Counted from the stretch's first letter, positions 1 through 8,047 are shown. The stretch: 61,809 nt of DNA from Candidatus Eiseniibacteriota bacterium (GCA_041486815.1 JBGPMG010000001.1:1-61809), one strand, 5' to 3'. Translations and numbers: made by a program. Notes: generated by a model from the letters alone, not told the origin.

Positions 1-835
1 AGACCACGGCTTCGATCTCGAGCGCCCGGGTCCACGCGATCTCGCCCAGCAGCCACGGCGTTTTCTTCCGGGTCAGCTCTGCCGCGGCCGCGGCGTCGAG
101 ATAGATGGTCGCGTTGGGGTGTTGCTGGAGATGTGTGGCCGCCACGGAACGGTCGATGTCGCCCTCGACGGCCCGCTTCACGATCGCCGCCTTGTGCTCG
201 CCAGCCGCGACGAGCGCGATCTCCTTCGCCTCCAAGATCGTCCCGACGCCCATCGTGATCGCCTCGACCGGCACGTTCTCCGTTCCGAAGAAGTCCGCCG
301 CGGCCACGCGCCGCGTGATCGCATCGAGGACCACGAGTCGCGTGCGCGAGCCAGCATCGGATCCCGGCTCGTTGAAGCCGATGTGACCCGTCTGGCCGAT
401 GCCGAGGATCTGGAAGTCGATCCCGCCCGCGTCGGCGATCGCGCGCTCATAGTCGGCGCAGTGCGCCTCGACCTGGTCGCGAGGAATGTCCCCGTGAGGA
501 ATGTGGACGTTCTCCGGCCTGATGTTGACGTGCTCGAAGAAGTTCTCCCACATGAACCGGTGGTAGCTATGGAGGCTGTCGGGTGCCATGGGGTAGTACT
601 CGTCGAGATTGAACGTCACGACGTTGGAGAGGTCGAGGCCGTCCTCGCGGTGGAGCCGGATCAGCTCCCGGTAGACGCCGACCGGCGTCGATCCGGTCGC
701 CAGGCCGAGGACTAACTTCGGACCCACTTCGCGCGGAGCGCGGATGAGCTCCGCTATCCGGCCCGCGACCCGCCGGGCGATGTCGCCGTAGGCCTCCAGC
801 ACCACGACCGGCAAATGTTCAGGAATCTCGCGCAT
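1..835 (-). CDS. nagB: glucosamine-6-phosphate deaminase; the 3' end runs off the window start
   Basis: Absent from the ORF track because it is open at the window edge. Reverse translation from the ATG (cat at 833-835) gives MREIPEHLPVVVLEAYGDIARRVAGRIAELI..LVLGLATGSTPVGVYRELI..FNLDEYYPM..ILGIGQTGHIGFNEPGS. GLATGSTP and GHIGFNEPG are the family motifs of NagB. Confidence 0.85.
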   Translation of the reverse strand, partial: MREIPEHLPVVVLEAYGDIARRVAGRIAELIRAPREVGPKLVLGLATGSTPVGVYRELIRLHREDGLDLSNVVTFNLDEYYPMAPDSLHSYHRFMWENFFEHVNIRPENVHIPHGDIPRDQVEAHCADYERAIADAGGIDFQILGIGQTGHIGFNEPGSDAGSRTRLVVLDAITRRVAAADFFGTENVPVEAITMGVGTILEAKEIALVAAGEHKAAIVKRAVEGDIDRSVAATHLQQHPNATIYLDAAAAAELTRKKTPWLLGEIAWTRALEIEAVV

Positions 836-1076
836 GCTTCCTTTCTATCGGCCGCCCGGCGCGGGTTGTAGAGCGCCCGCCGTGTGGCGGCCTGGATGGG
901 ATCGGGGTCGGGAGACCGGCCCCGCTCCTTGTAACATCATACATTGCAACCGGGTGACGGGCTTCCTGGGGCCGTCTTTGAGAGGATTTTCAAGTTCGGC
1001 GCAGGAACCGGATAGCCGGGCCGGGCGTCCCGGCGGAATCTATCGGGGACGCGACTCTCAATCAGAGGAGGTCCCA

Positions 1077-1556
1077 ATGGGCTCGTTCGTTCCGTTCAAA
1101 ATCTCCGCTCTTCCTTTGGATGCGTTCGCGCCGCTCTTCGATCTGAGCGACGCCGACCTGACCGCGCGGGGTATGCGCCGGATGGTCGCGGACTCGAAGC
1201 CCGGCTATCCGTGCCGGGTGAGCCTCGTCGACGCCGAGGTCGGCGAACGCGTACTGCTCCTGCCCTACCCGCACCATCCCGGCCCGGGCCCGTACCGCGC
1301 CTCGGGGCCTGTCTTCGCGCGCGAAACCGCGCTGCAGGCGCAGCCGCGCGTGAATGAAGTCCCCGAATCGGTTCGGAGCCGGCTCCTGTCCGTCCGCGGC
1401 TACGACCGAGAGGGAATCTTGGTGGTCGCCGACGTGACCGAGGGCCGGGCGCTCGAGGAGTGTGTCGCCCGGCTCTTCGCCGATGACCGGGTCGACCACC
1501 TGCACCTCCACAACGCCCGGGCCGGCTGCTACAGCTGCCGGGTCGATCGCGCTTGA
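1077..1556 (+). CDS. DUF1203-like protein
   Basis: ORF 834..1556 trimmed to ATG 1077, which follows GAGGAGG. The product MGSFVPFKISALPLDAFAPLFDL..GYPCRVSLVDAEVGERVLLLPYPH..GPYRASGPVF matches my recollection of DUF1203. The upstream part of the ORF is Arg/Gly/Pro-rich junk. Confidence 0.65.
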   Translation: MGSFVPFKISALPLDAFAPLFDLSDADLTARGMRRMVADSKPGYPCRVSLVDAEVGERVLLLPYPHHPGPGPYRASGPVFARETALQAQPRVNEVPESVRSRLLSVRGYDREGILVVADVTEGRALEECVARLFADDRVDHLHLHNARAGCYSCRVDRA

Positions 1557-1610
1557 GCGAGCAGGATCTTCGTCTCAGCAAGAGCCGCGCGCCTGCCGAT
1601 AGTTGTCGGC

Positions 1611-2846
1611 ATGATCGGAGAACGGGTACCGGAGGGGTGGCAGGTTCGACTCAAGCCGAGCGGGGTCACCCGGTTCATCTCGGCGGCCTTTCTGCTCTTC
1701 TGGCTCTGCGGCTGGGCGGTCGGAGAAGGGATCGTCCTATGGGTCCTCGCTAAGGGAATCCTCGCCCTGATGAACGGCGCGCCGTTCGAGGAGGGGCACG
1801 CTCCTCTGGGATTCGGCCCCGCCATGGCGATCGGAGCCTTCCTGATCCTTTGGCTCTCCCTGTGGACCCTCGGGGGACTGGCCGCCTTGGGCGAGGTGCT
1901 CCGGCTCCTGTGGTCGGAGGATCGGCTGATCGTGAATGCCGGAGGTATCACCATCGTGCGCTCCCGGGGACCGTTCCGCCGGACGCGCGACCTTCCTCGG
2001 GACGTCATCCGGCGCATCAGCCTCGTCCCACGAAACGACGCCCTCGCCGCCGAGACCCCGCGCGGGAGGGTGGAGCTCTCTCGTCTCGGGACGCACGCGG
2101 AGAGGGAAGAGGCGGCCGCCGCGCTTCGATCCGAGCTGTGCCTCAAGGACGTAGCTCCCGAGGTGGAAGCGACCTCGCTGCCGAAAGGGTGGGCCGAGGT
2201 CATCACCCCTGAGGGTGAGCGGGTGGTTGCCGTCGACGCCACGACACAGAGAGTCCAAGCGCGTGCCGCTGCGTTGCTCGCGGTGGGCGTGGCCGCCGTC
2301 GACTTCGCGATCCTCAGGCAGGCGCTCGAGCGGGCCATCGTGATTCCTTTCGCGGTATTCGGCTTGCTCGGCGCGTTGGGGCTGGTCTGGGTCGCGGTCT
2401 GGCTTGCCCGGGGCCGCATGGAGTGGAAGATCGGAAGCGGAAGTTTGACGCTCCGCCGGCGCTTCGGGTCTTCGGTGCGGGATCTTTTCGAAGCGCGGCG
2501 CCTCGAGCTGGTCGTTACGAGAGACAGCGACGGGGACGAATGGTTCGCTCTGGAGGCCCTCCGAGAAGGCGCCACCGAACCGCCCGAACCGGTCGTGTGG
2601 GTTCGAAGGATCTCGAAGGACCGCCGGCGCGTCACCGCGGCGATCAACGAGCCGACCGTTCCGCGACTGCTCGGAGCGTGGCTTTCCCGGAGCGCGGGCG
2701 TTCCCATCGTGGACCGCACATCTCCGGAGGCCCGGCAGGCCGAGATGACGCAGTTGCGCGATCAGCTCGAGAAGGCGGGACCTCTGGGACGGGTGGCCGC
2801 GAAGCTCATCGGCGACTCCATCAATCGACCCCGGAAGAGCGCCTAG
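1611..2846 (+). CDS. membrane protein with two repeated modules (TM hairpin plus bPH-like domain, YdbS/YdbT-like)
   Basis: 411-aa ORF. Module 1: PEGWQVRLKPSG, two TM helices, then WSEDRLIVNAGGITIVRSRGPFRRTRDLPRDVIRRISLV. Module 2: PKGWAEVITPEG, two TM helices, then WKIGSGSLTLRRRFGSSVRDLFEARRLELVV. Confidence 0.7.
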   Translation: MIGERVPEGWQVRLKPSGVTRFISAAFLLFWLCGWAVGEGIVLWVLAKGILALMNGAPFEEGHAPLGFGPAMAIGAFLILWLSLWTLGGLAALGEVLRLLWSEDRLIVNAGGITIVRSRGPFRRTRDLPRDVIRRISLVPRNDALAAETPRGRVELSRLGTHAEREEAAAALRSELCLKDVAPEVEATSLPKGWAEVITPEGERVVAVDATTQRVQARAAALLAVGVAAVDFAILRQALERAIVIPFAVFGLLGALGLVWVAVWLARGRMEWKIGSGSLTLRRRFGSSVRDLFEARRLELVVTRDSDGDEWFALEALREGATEPPEPVVWVRRISKDRRRVTAAINEPTVPRLLGAWLSRSAGVPIVDRTSPEARQAEMTQLRDQLEKAGPLGRVAAKLIGDSINRPRKSA

Positions 2847-2870
2847 AAGCGCGCCTAGAAGCGCGCCTAG
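2839..2870. repeat. 12-bp tandem repeat GCGCCTAGAAGC (2.7 copies) that places three in-frame TAG codons
   Basis: gcgcctagaagc gcgcctagaagc gcgcctag. TAG occurs at 2844, 2856 and 2868, all in the frame of CDS 1611..2846. The repeat lies between convergent genes. Confidence 0.85.
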
Positions 2871-2882
2871 CCGGCCGCTCGA

Positions 2883-3986
2883 TCAGTCCCCTGACGGTGG
2901 CGGCGGCGGCGCGAACAGGATCGCGAGCCGCGGGACGCGCCCCATCGAGGTCCAAGCGTCCATTCCCGCCGTCCACACCATGCTCTCCCCAGTGAGCTGT
3001 CCCGCCGACACCGCCTGGCCGAGCTGGGCCATCGAATACGGCCCGAACGTCCGCCCCCCCGAAGCAACGTGCCAGAGTCCGGGATCGGACTCCGGCGTCG
3101 GCGGGATCAGTTGGAGCGGCGACCTCGATGGGGCGGCCGCGGTGCCGAGCCCCGCGATCGCCATGCCCATACCCAGACCGACCCCAGCCCCGGCCAGCCC
3201 GCCGGCCGGATTCGCCGCCGCCGTCGGGATCGACGCGCCCAGCTGATACTGCTGATAGCGGTTCATGTCTCCGATCACGCCCATGCTCGACCGGGCGTCG
3301 AGCGCTTGCTCCACCTGCTCCGGGACCGAGATGTTCACGATGATGAGCTGCGGCAGATCGAGCCCGTATTCGTCGTCGATCTTCGCCAAGACCGTCTTCC
3401 GCAGCTGCTCGGAAAGCCGGCCGTAATTGGAAGCCAGATCGACGACCGAGACCTCGGATTTGGACACCATGCTCGAGAATTCAGAGGCGACAATCGAGCG
3501 GAGCAGAACTTCAATCTCGTCGGCCTCGAACGAGCCGTCGGTGCCGACCAGCTCGGCCAGCAGCGCTTCGGGCTTCGAAGCACGGAGCGCATACGTCCCG
3601 AACGCGCGCACGCGGAGCGGCCCGAACTCGGGATCGCGGAGGAGAACAGGGTGCGGCGTGCCCCACTTGAGATCGGTGACCTGGCGCGTGGCGACGAAGT
3701 AAACCTCGGCCTTGAAGGGGCTGTTGAACCCGAACTCCCACCCGCGGAGCGTGGTCAGAATCGGGATGTTCTTGGTCACGAGCTCATAGGTGCCCGGCTG
3801 GAAGACGTCGGCCACGCGCCCGCGGTCGACGAAAATGGCGGATTGCCCCGGCCGCACAACGAGGCGCGCGCCGTTCTTGATCTCGTTCTGGTAGCGCGGG
3901 AACCGCCAGACGAGCGTGTTTCGATTGTCGTCGACCCATTCGATGATGTCGACCAACTCGCCGCGGAGCTTGTTCACGAATCCCAT
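2883..3986 (-). CDS. SPFH/Band-7 domain protein (YdjI / 'virion core protein'-like) with a C-terminal GYF_2 (DUF4339)-like domain
   Basis: 367-aa ORF. N-terminus MGFVNKLRGELVDIIEWVDDNRNTLVWRFPRYQNEIKNGARLVVRPGQSAIFVDRG is typical of the YdjI-type SPFH family. A Gly/Ala linker follows, then WHVASGGRTFGPYSMAQLGQAVSAGQLTGESMVWTAGMDAWTSMGRVPRL, which is GYF_2-like. Confidence 0.85.
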   Translation of the reverse strand: MGFVNKLRGELVDIIEWVDDNRNTLVWRFPRYQNEIKNGARLVVRPGQSAIFVDRGRVADVFQPGTYELVTKNIPILTTLRGWEFGFNSPFKAEVYFVATRQVTDLKWGTPHPVLLRDPEFGPLRVRAFGTYALRASKPEALLAELVGTDGSFEADEIEVLLRSIVASEFSSMVSKSEVSVVDLASNYGRLSEQLRKTVLAKIDDEYGLDLPQLIIVNISVPEQVEQALDARSSMGVIGDMNRYQQYQLGASIPTAAANPAGGLAGAGVGLGMGMAIAGLGTAAAPSRSPLQLIPPTPESDPGLWHVASGGRTFGPYSMAQLGQAVSAGQLTGESMVWTAGMDAWTSMGRVPRLAILFAPPPPPSGD

Positions 3987-4036
3987 CGGTTCCTCCTCAG
4001 TCGAACGTCATCGCAAGCGTCTAGACCGTGCGCTCG

Positions 4037-4933
4037 TCATTTCAGGAACTCCGCGATCAGATCCCCGATGCTCTTGATGGGGCGTCCGAAGCCGAATCGG
4101 CCCCACTGAGTCGGCGCACCCGATCGGGCCCGTTCCTCAGCGAGGAGCTGCTCCGCCGCCACGATCGCCGCGGTCCGGGACGGGTCGGCCGGTAGCGTCC
4201 AGCCACCCTCCTTCTCCGGCTGCGGCACTCTCTCGAGGCCGCCGCCGAGAACGAACGCCGCGATGTCCTCCATCTCATGCGCGTCGAGCCAGGTGCCATG
4301 GCTCCCGCACCAGTCGACGATGACGCCGGAACGGTGCCCGAAGTTCTTCCGCTGCATCGCTCCGCGGCACACGGGGCAGTGGCGGTAGGCGACCGCGCCC
4401 TGCCATGCCGCGCGCCGTTCCCGAGGAGCGTCCCCGCCGGCGGGTTGTCCCTCGCGCCGCCGGCGCTCGCGCACCCGATCGACTAGGCGGTCCATCACGT
4501 CGCCCGGCGCCCAAAGGCCGAGGCACATCGGGCACTCATCAACCCAGAGTCCGCCCAAGCTGCGCGCCACGAGATGAACGCCGGAGCAAAGCGGGCATTC
4601 GAGGGGATCCGCGGTCCGGCGGACGGGCTGCGGCAGGAACGCGACCCCGCACGCCGTGCAATGACGAGCCCGCTCGGGATTTCGGGCGTAGCACTCGGGA
4701 CAGACGGGGCCCGCGGGGGCGGAGTCCCGAACGATGGCGGCATGGCAGTAGGAGCAGACCTGCTCGCCTTCGGCCACAAGCGCTCCGCACGCCGCGCACC
4801 GCTTCACCGCGGCGTCGACCGCGGCCGGCGGTTTCGTTGAGATCGTCGCGCCGCAGGGGCAGGTGACCGTCTCGTCGGCTACGTCGGCGACATCGTATTG
4901 GGCGTGGCAGTTGGGGCAGGCGACCAGCTTCAC
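4037..4933 (-). CDS. multi-zinc-ribbon protein (five CxxC..CxxC units, two of TFIIB-type zf; YdjG-like)
   Basis: 298-aa ORF. Units: CPNCHAQ..CPCG; CAACGA..CSYCHA; CPECYA..CTACGV; CPLCSG..LWVDECPMCLGLW; CPVCRG..VDWCGSHGTWLD. It lies 50 nt upstream of the SPFH gene on the same strand. Confidence 0.8.
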   Translation of the reverse strand: MKLVACPNCHAQYDVADVADETVTCPCGATISTKPPAAVDAAVKRCAACGALVAEGEQVCSYCHAAIVRDSAPAGPVCPECYARNPERARHCTACGVAFLPQPVRRTADPLECPLCSGVHLVARSLGGLWVDECPMCLGLWAPGDVMDRLVDRVRERRRREGQPAGGDAPRERRAAWQGAVAYRHCPVCRGAMQRKNFGHRSGVIVDWCGSHGTWLDAHEMEDIAAFVLGGGLERVPQPEKEGGWTLPADPSRTAAIVAAEQLLAEERARSGAPTQWGRFGFGRPIKSIGDLIAEFLK

Positions 4934-5148
4934 GACAGCTCCTCCGGAGTCTGTGGGCTATCCGGTGGTTATCGGCGGGTCGCACGGAGTTCTTGAGATT
5001 CAGAGGCGCCTAGGGCGGCTCGAGCTGGGTGGGGCGGGACGACCGAACCACGGCGAGGCATACCTTGGTACCGCTGGAGATTCTCATGGCCCACGCGTAG
5101 CCTGCGGTTGGACTCTGTCCGAATCCGATCCGTTCACGGAGGTACAAG

Positions 5149-5877
5149 ATGAAAGTGGTCTGGAATCTGTCCGCGGCGCTCTTGTTGGCAGCCTTGGTCT
5201 CGTCCCCCGGCCCTGCGATGGCCCAGGGAAAATTCATCTCCACTCCGGCGACGGTCGTGAATCCGTTGATTCCGCGACTGAACGACATCGCCGGGGTCGG
5301 TGCCCCGGCCCTTGTCGATGAACTTCGGAAGGGTGGCCTGGTTATCTTCTTCCGCCACGCGGCGACGGACTGGAGCCAGTTAGATGTTTCGTACGAGGAC
5401 TTCGAGAATCGCGCAGGGCAGCGCAATCTTAGTGAGGCTGGCAAGGCGGACGCGGCGAGCATTGGGAAGGCATTTCAAGATTTGGGGATCCCGATCGACA
5501 GTGTGCTCGTGAGTCCCATGTGGCGCTGCAGAGACACGGCGCAGATCGCATTTGGGCGCTACGAGAAGAGGATCGAGCTGTTCGGCAAGGTTCCGCAGAA
5601 GGGGAGCGTGGATGTCACCGAACTGCGCTCTCAGTATCGTGCCGCCCGGACCAAGATGTTGAGCACGGCCCCGACCCATGGGATGAACCGAGTCCTGGTG
5701 GGCCAGCAGGATCCCATGATTCCGGTCATTCGTGGGCTCCATCGCGATGAGCTGCGGGAAGGCGACGCGTTGGTCATCCGGCCGCTCGGTGGGGGAAAGT
5801 TCAAGATTCTGGCGCAAGTGACCCCGGCCGACTGGTCTCGTCTCGCGGCGGTGCACTCCGCGGGGGCCGCGAAGTAG
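5149..5877 (+). CDS. secreted histidine-phosphatase-superfamily protein
   Basis: Signal peptide MKVVWNLSAALLLAALVSSPGPAMA. Also has the FFRHAATDW (RHG-type) motif and NLSEAGKADAASIGKAF..IDSVLVSPMWRCRDTAQ. The position that usually reads VGH reads VLVGQQ. Confidence 0.7.
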   Translation: MKVVWNLSAALLLAALVSSPGPAMAQGKFISTPATVVNPLIPRLNDIAGVGAPALVDELRKGGLVIFFRHAATDWSQLDVSYEDFENRAGQRNLSEAGKADAASIGKAFQDLGIPIDSVLVSPMWRCRDTAQIAFGRYEKRIELFGKVPQKGSVDVTELRSQYRAARTKMLSTAPTHGMNRVLVGQQDPMIPVIRGLHRDELREGDALVIRPLGGGKFKILAQVTPADWSRLAAVHSAGAAK

Positions 5878-5902
5878 AACGCCATAGGGTCGCAGCCGGG
5901 AC

Positions 5903-6307
5903 CTAAGTCGAGGGCACGTCAAGGGGCTTCGCACGCGCCGGTGCCTGGTCGGCGGCCTGCACCGCGACGAACCAGACGCCTGCCGCGTAGATGAGGAGAT
6001 CGATCCGCCACTCGCCGGAGAAGGCGTGCACCACAGTGGCCACGCCGATGGTGAGGAGAAGCAAGGCGGCGCCCAGGCGGAGCGTCTGAGGCACCAAGAA
6101 CAGCAAGGCGCCGATCGCCTCCACCGCTGCCAACACCGCGACGTGAGGATTGTGGTGGCCCCCTTCCCCCGGATGCACCGCCCAGATCACCGACCGCACG
6201 CTGAGCCACAAGATCCCCAGGCCGAGGACAAGGTGAAACGCGGTGAAAGACCGGCGAAGCAGGGGCGTGGTCACCATTCCCTCCATGTTCGAGTGAGGCG
6301 CCATCAA
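5903..6307 (-). CDS. small multi-pass membrane protein (DoxX-like)
   Basis: 134-aa ORF with four hydrophobic segments (LVLGLGILWLSV.., AVLAAVEAIGALLFLV.., AALLLLTIGVATVVHAF.., LLIYAAGVWFVAV). The start codon is uncertain. Confidence 0.55.
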   Translation of the reverse strand: MMAPHSNMEGMVTTPLLRRSFTAFHLVLGLGILWLSVRSVIWAVHPGEGGHHNPHVAVLAAVEAIGALLFLVPQTLRLGAALLLLTIGVATVVHAFSGEWRIDLLIYAAGVWFVAVQAADQAPARAKPLDVPST

Positions 6308-6320
6308 CCGGGTGCGTCGG

Positions 6321-6626
6321 CTACTTCCGGCGCCTGGTCCGCGTGGTCCGAGAGGCTTGGCGCTCGGTCAGGTGGTGGCTCGCCGAGGCTCTCAGATCGA
6401 GGCCGTAGAGGGCGCGGAAGCTCGCGATTCTGCGAAGCGTCGACCGGCTGAAGGCGCGCTTTCCTTCGAACGCGTGGAGCACGACTCCTTCGAGGAGGTC
6501 CCCGAGGGTGATCTCATGGTGGGTCGCGAGGGCTTTCAGGACCCTCAAGATCCGCTTCTCGATCCGGACGCCCGTCTGCACCCGCTGAACGACGATCCGG
6601 GCGGCCTTGGAGTCGCGTGCCTTCAT
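6321..6626 (-). CDS. small putative DNA-binding protein (possibly ribbon-helix-helix-like)
   Basis: ORF 6321..6650. I prefer ATG 6626 (MKARDSKAARIVVQRVQTGVRIEKRILRVLKALATHHEITLGDLLEGVVLHAFEG) because the TTG at 6650 lies inside a repeat array. Fold assignment is by eye only. Confidence 0.45.
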   Translation of the reverse strand: MKARDSKAARIVVQRVQTGVRIEKRILRVLKALATHHEITLGDLLEGVVLHAFEGKRAFSRSTLRRIASFRALYGLDLRASASHHLTERQASRTTRTRRRK

Positions 6627-6650
6627 GGTACCAATGTACCACGGTACCAA
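6627..6650. promoter_or_regulatory. three TGGTAC hexamers (GTACCA on the plus strand) at exact 8-bp phasing, directly upstream of ATG 6626
   Basis: Plus strand: catgGTACCAatGTACCAcgGTACCAaatgg, with hexamers at 6628-6633, 6636-6641 and 6644-6649. Candidate operator in the divergent region between 6626(-) and 6718(+). Confidence 0.5.
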
Positions 6651-6683
6651 ATGGGGCGCAAGCGTCCTCCCAATGCTTTCTTG

Positions 6684-6711
6684 TTGACAAATATATAACT
6701 TGTTATATATT
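6684..6711 (+). promoter_or_regulatory. sigma-70-like promoter (TTGACA-16 nt-TATATT) overlapped by a perfect AT-only palindrome, ATATATAAC-TT-GTTATATAT (6691-6710)
   Basis: TTGACA at 6684-6689 and TATATT at 6706-6711. The 20-bp palindrome fills the spacer. This is the only AT-only stretch in a high-GC neighbourhood. GTG 6718 lies about 7 nt after the -10, which would make the transcript leaderless. Confidence 0.5.
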
Positions 6712-6717
6712 CACCCC

Positions 6718-7311
6718 GTGAGCCTCGACCACATCCTTCTCGGTCTCTTGCGCGAGCCCGGCTCGGGCTACGACCTGAAGAAGGTCTTCGACGAGCGGAT
6801 CGGCTACTTCTGGGCCGCCGAGCTGAGCCAGATCTACCCGACGCTGGAGCGCATGGAACGGCGCCGGTGGATCCGGGGCCGTCGCGCCGCGTCCAAGCGG
6901 GGTTCCGGGCGTCGCGTTTACGCGATTACCTCTTCCGGGCGGCGGGCGCTCCGCGAATGGCTTCGCGGCGAACCCCAATTTGGGGATGAGCGCTTTTCCT
7001 ATCTGGCCCAGGTCTATTTCATGGACGAGCTCGGGGACCTGGGAAGCACGCTCCTGTTCTTCCGGCGTATGCGGGAGCATTTCGCCTCGAAGCTCGACGC
7101 CTTGCGCGCCCTCGACCGCCAGTGGGCCGAGGCGGACCCTCACTACCCCGACGTCCTCTTACCAGAGGAACTGCACCTTCAGCTCGCGCTTCGGAAGGGC
7201 CTTCTCTCGCTGGAGGCGCATGTGGCCTGGTGCGACGAGGCCATTCGGCGACTGAGCGCGCGCCTTCGCGGGGCGAAACCCTCGCGTCCCCGAGCAAGGA
7301 GAACCCAATGA
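6718..7311 (+). CDS. PadR family transcriptional regulator
   Basis: The ORF track starts at TTG 6700, but GTG 6718 (VSLDHILLGLLREPGSGYDLKKVFDERIGYFWAAELSQIYPTLERME) fits the PadR N-terminus and the promoter position. A C-terminal helical domain is present. Confidence 0.85.
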   Translation: MSLDHILLGLLREPGSGYDLKKVFDERIGYFWAAELSQIYPTLERMERRRWIRGRRAASKRGSGRRVYAITSSGRRALREWLRGEPQFGDERFSYLAQVYFMDELGDLGSTLLFFRRMREHFASKLDALRALDRQWAEADPHYPDVLLPEELHLQLALRKGLLSLEAHVAWCDEAIRRLSARLRGAKPSRPRARRTQ

Positions 7312-8033
7312 CGACGGATCCGGTCCAATCGCCACGCAAGTCTCCCTATCCCGAGCCGATCGCTCCTTACAGGCACACCGCCATCCTCGTGCTTCTCTTC
7401 ATCGCCGTGACGATCGGCGGAGCGCTGTTTCAGGGGCGGGGAGCGGGCCCGGCGGAGCCCGCGCGGCACCCCAGCGTGGTGCCGCTCTACGTGTCGCTTC
7501 TCGCACTCGAGTGGGGGCTCGTCCTATTCATCTGGCGCGGTGCGCTGGGGCGGGACGCGGCGAAGATGAAGGAGCTGATCGGTGGGCGGTGGAGCCGACC
7601 GCGAGATGTCGTGCGCGACGTCGCGCTCGCGATCGGGGCCTGGCTGGCCTGGGTCGGAATCCAGCGCGGCTGGGACACGTGGCTTCACCCAGGTCATCCG
7701 CGAACCATCGAGAATCTCCTCCCTCAGGGTGTGGTCGAGATCTCGCTCTGGATCGCGCTTTCGATCAGCGCCGGATTTTGCGAAGAGCTGGTCTTTCGCG
7801 GCTACTTGCAGCGGCAGTTCTCGGCGCTCACCCGAAGCAACGTCATCGGCCTGATATTACAAGCCTTGCTCTTCGGCGTATCGCACGGCTACCAAGGGGT
7901 CGCCGCGACGATCAAGATCACCCTCTTTGGGGTCGTCTATGGCATTCTGGCACTCTGGCGTCGGAGTCTCCGGCCGGGCATGATCGCTCACGCTTGGTCG
8001 GACATCTGGTCGGGCTGGCTCGGCACATTCTGA
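7308..8033 (+). CDS. CPBP family intramembrane glutamic endopeptidase (CAAX protease / Abi family)
   Basis: ORF 7122..8033 trimmed to ATG 7308, which forms an ATGA overlap with the padR stop. Motifs: EISLWIALSISAGFCEELVFRGYLQ and LLFGVSHGYQG. Multi-pass membrane protein. Confidence 0.85.
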   Translation: MTTDPVQSPRKSPYPEPIAPYRHTAILVLLFIAVTIGGALFQGRGAGPAEPARHPSVVPLYVSLLALEWGLVLFIWRGALGRDAAKMKELIGGRWSRPRDVVRDVALAIGAWLAWVGIQRGWDTWLHPGHPRTIENLLPQGVVEISLWIALSISAGFCEELVFRGYLQRQFSALTRSNVIGLILQALLFGVSHGYQGVAATIKITLFGVVYGILALWRRSLRPGMIAHAWSDIWSGWLGTF

Positions 8034-8047
8034 GGGAGGGTCTCGAG

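Noticed and set aside
1529-2719. 396-aa minus-strand ORF antisense to the 1611..2846 membrane protein. Similar long antisense ORFs occur at 7988..9049(-), 12560..13924(-), 27456..28967(-), 30232..31062(-), 31780..32766(-), 41880..43619(+), 46310..47008(-), 52891..54303(-) and 54712..55653(-).
   Set aside because: Their products are Arg/Pro/Gly/Ser-rich low-complexity strings with no motifs. Each lies opposite a gene with clear family signatures. Long spurious antisense ORFs are expected in high-GC DNA.
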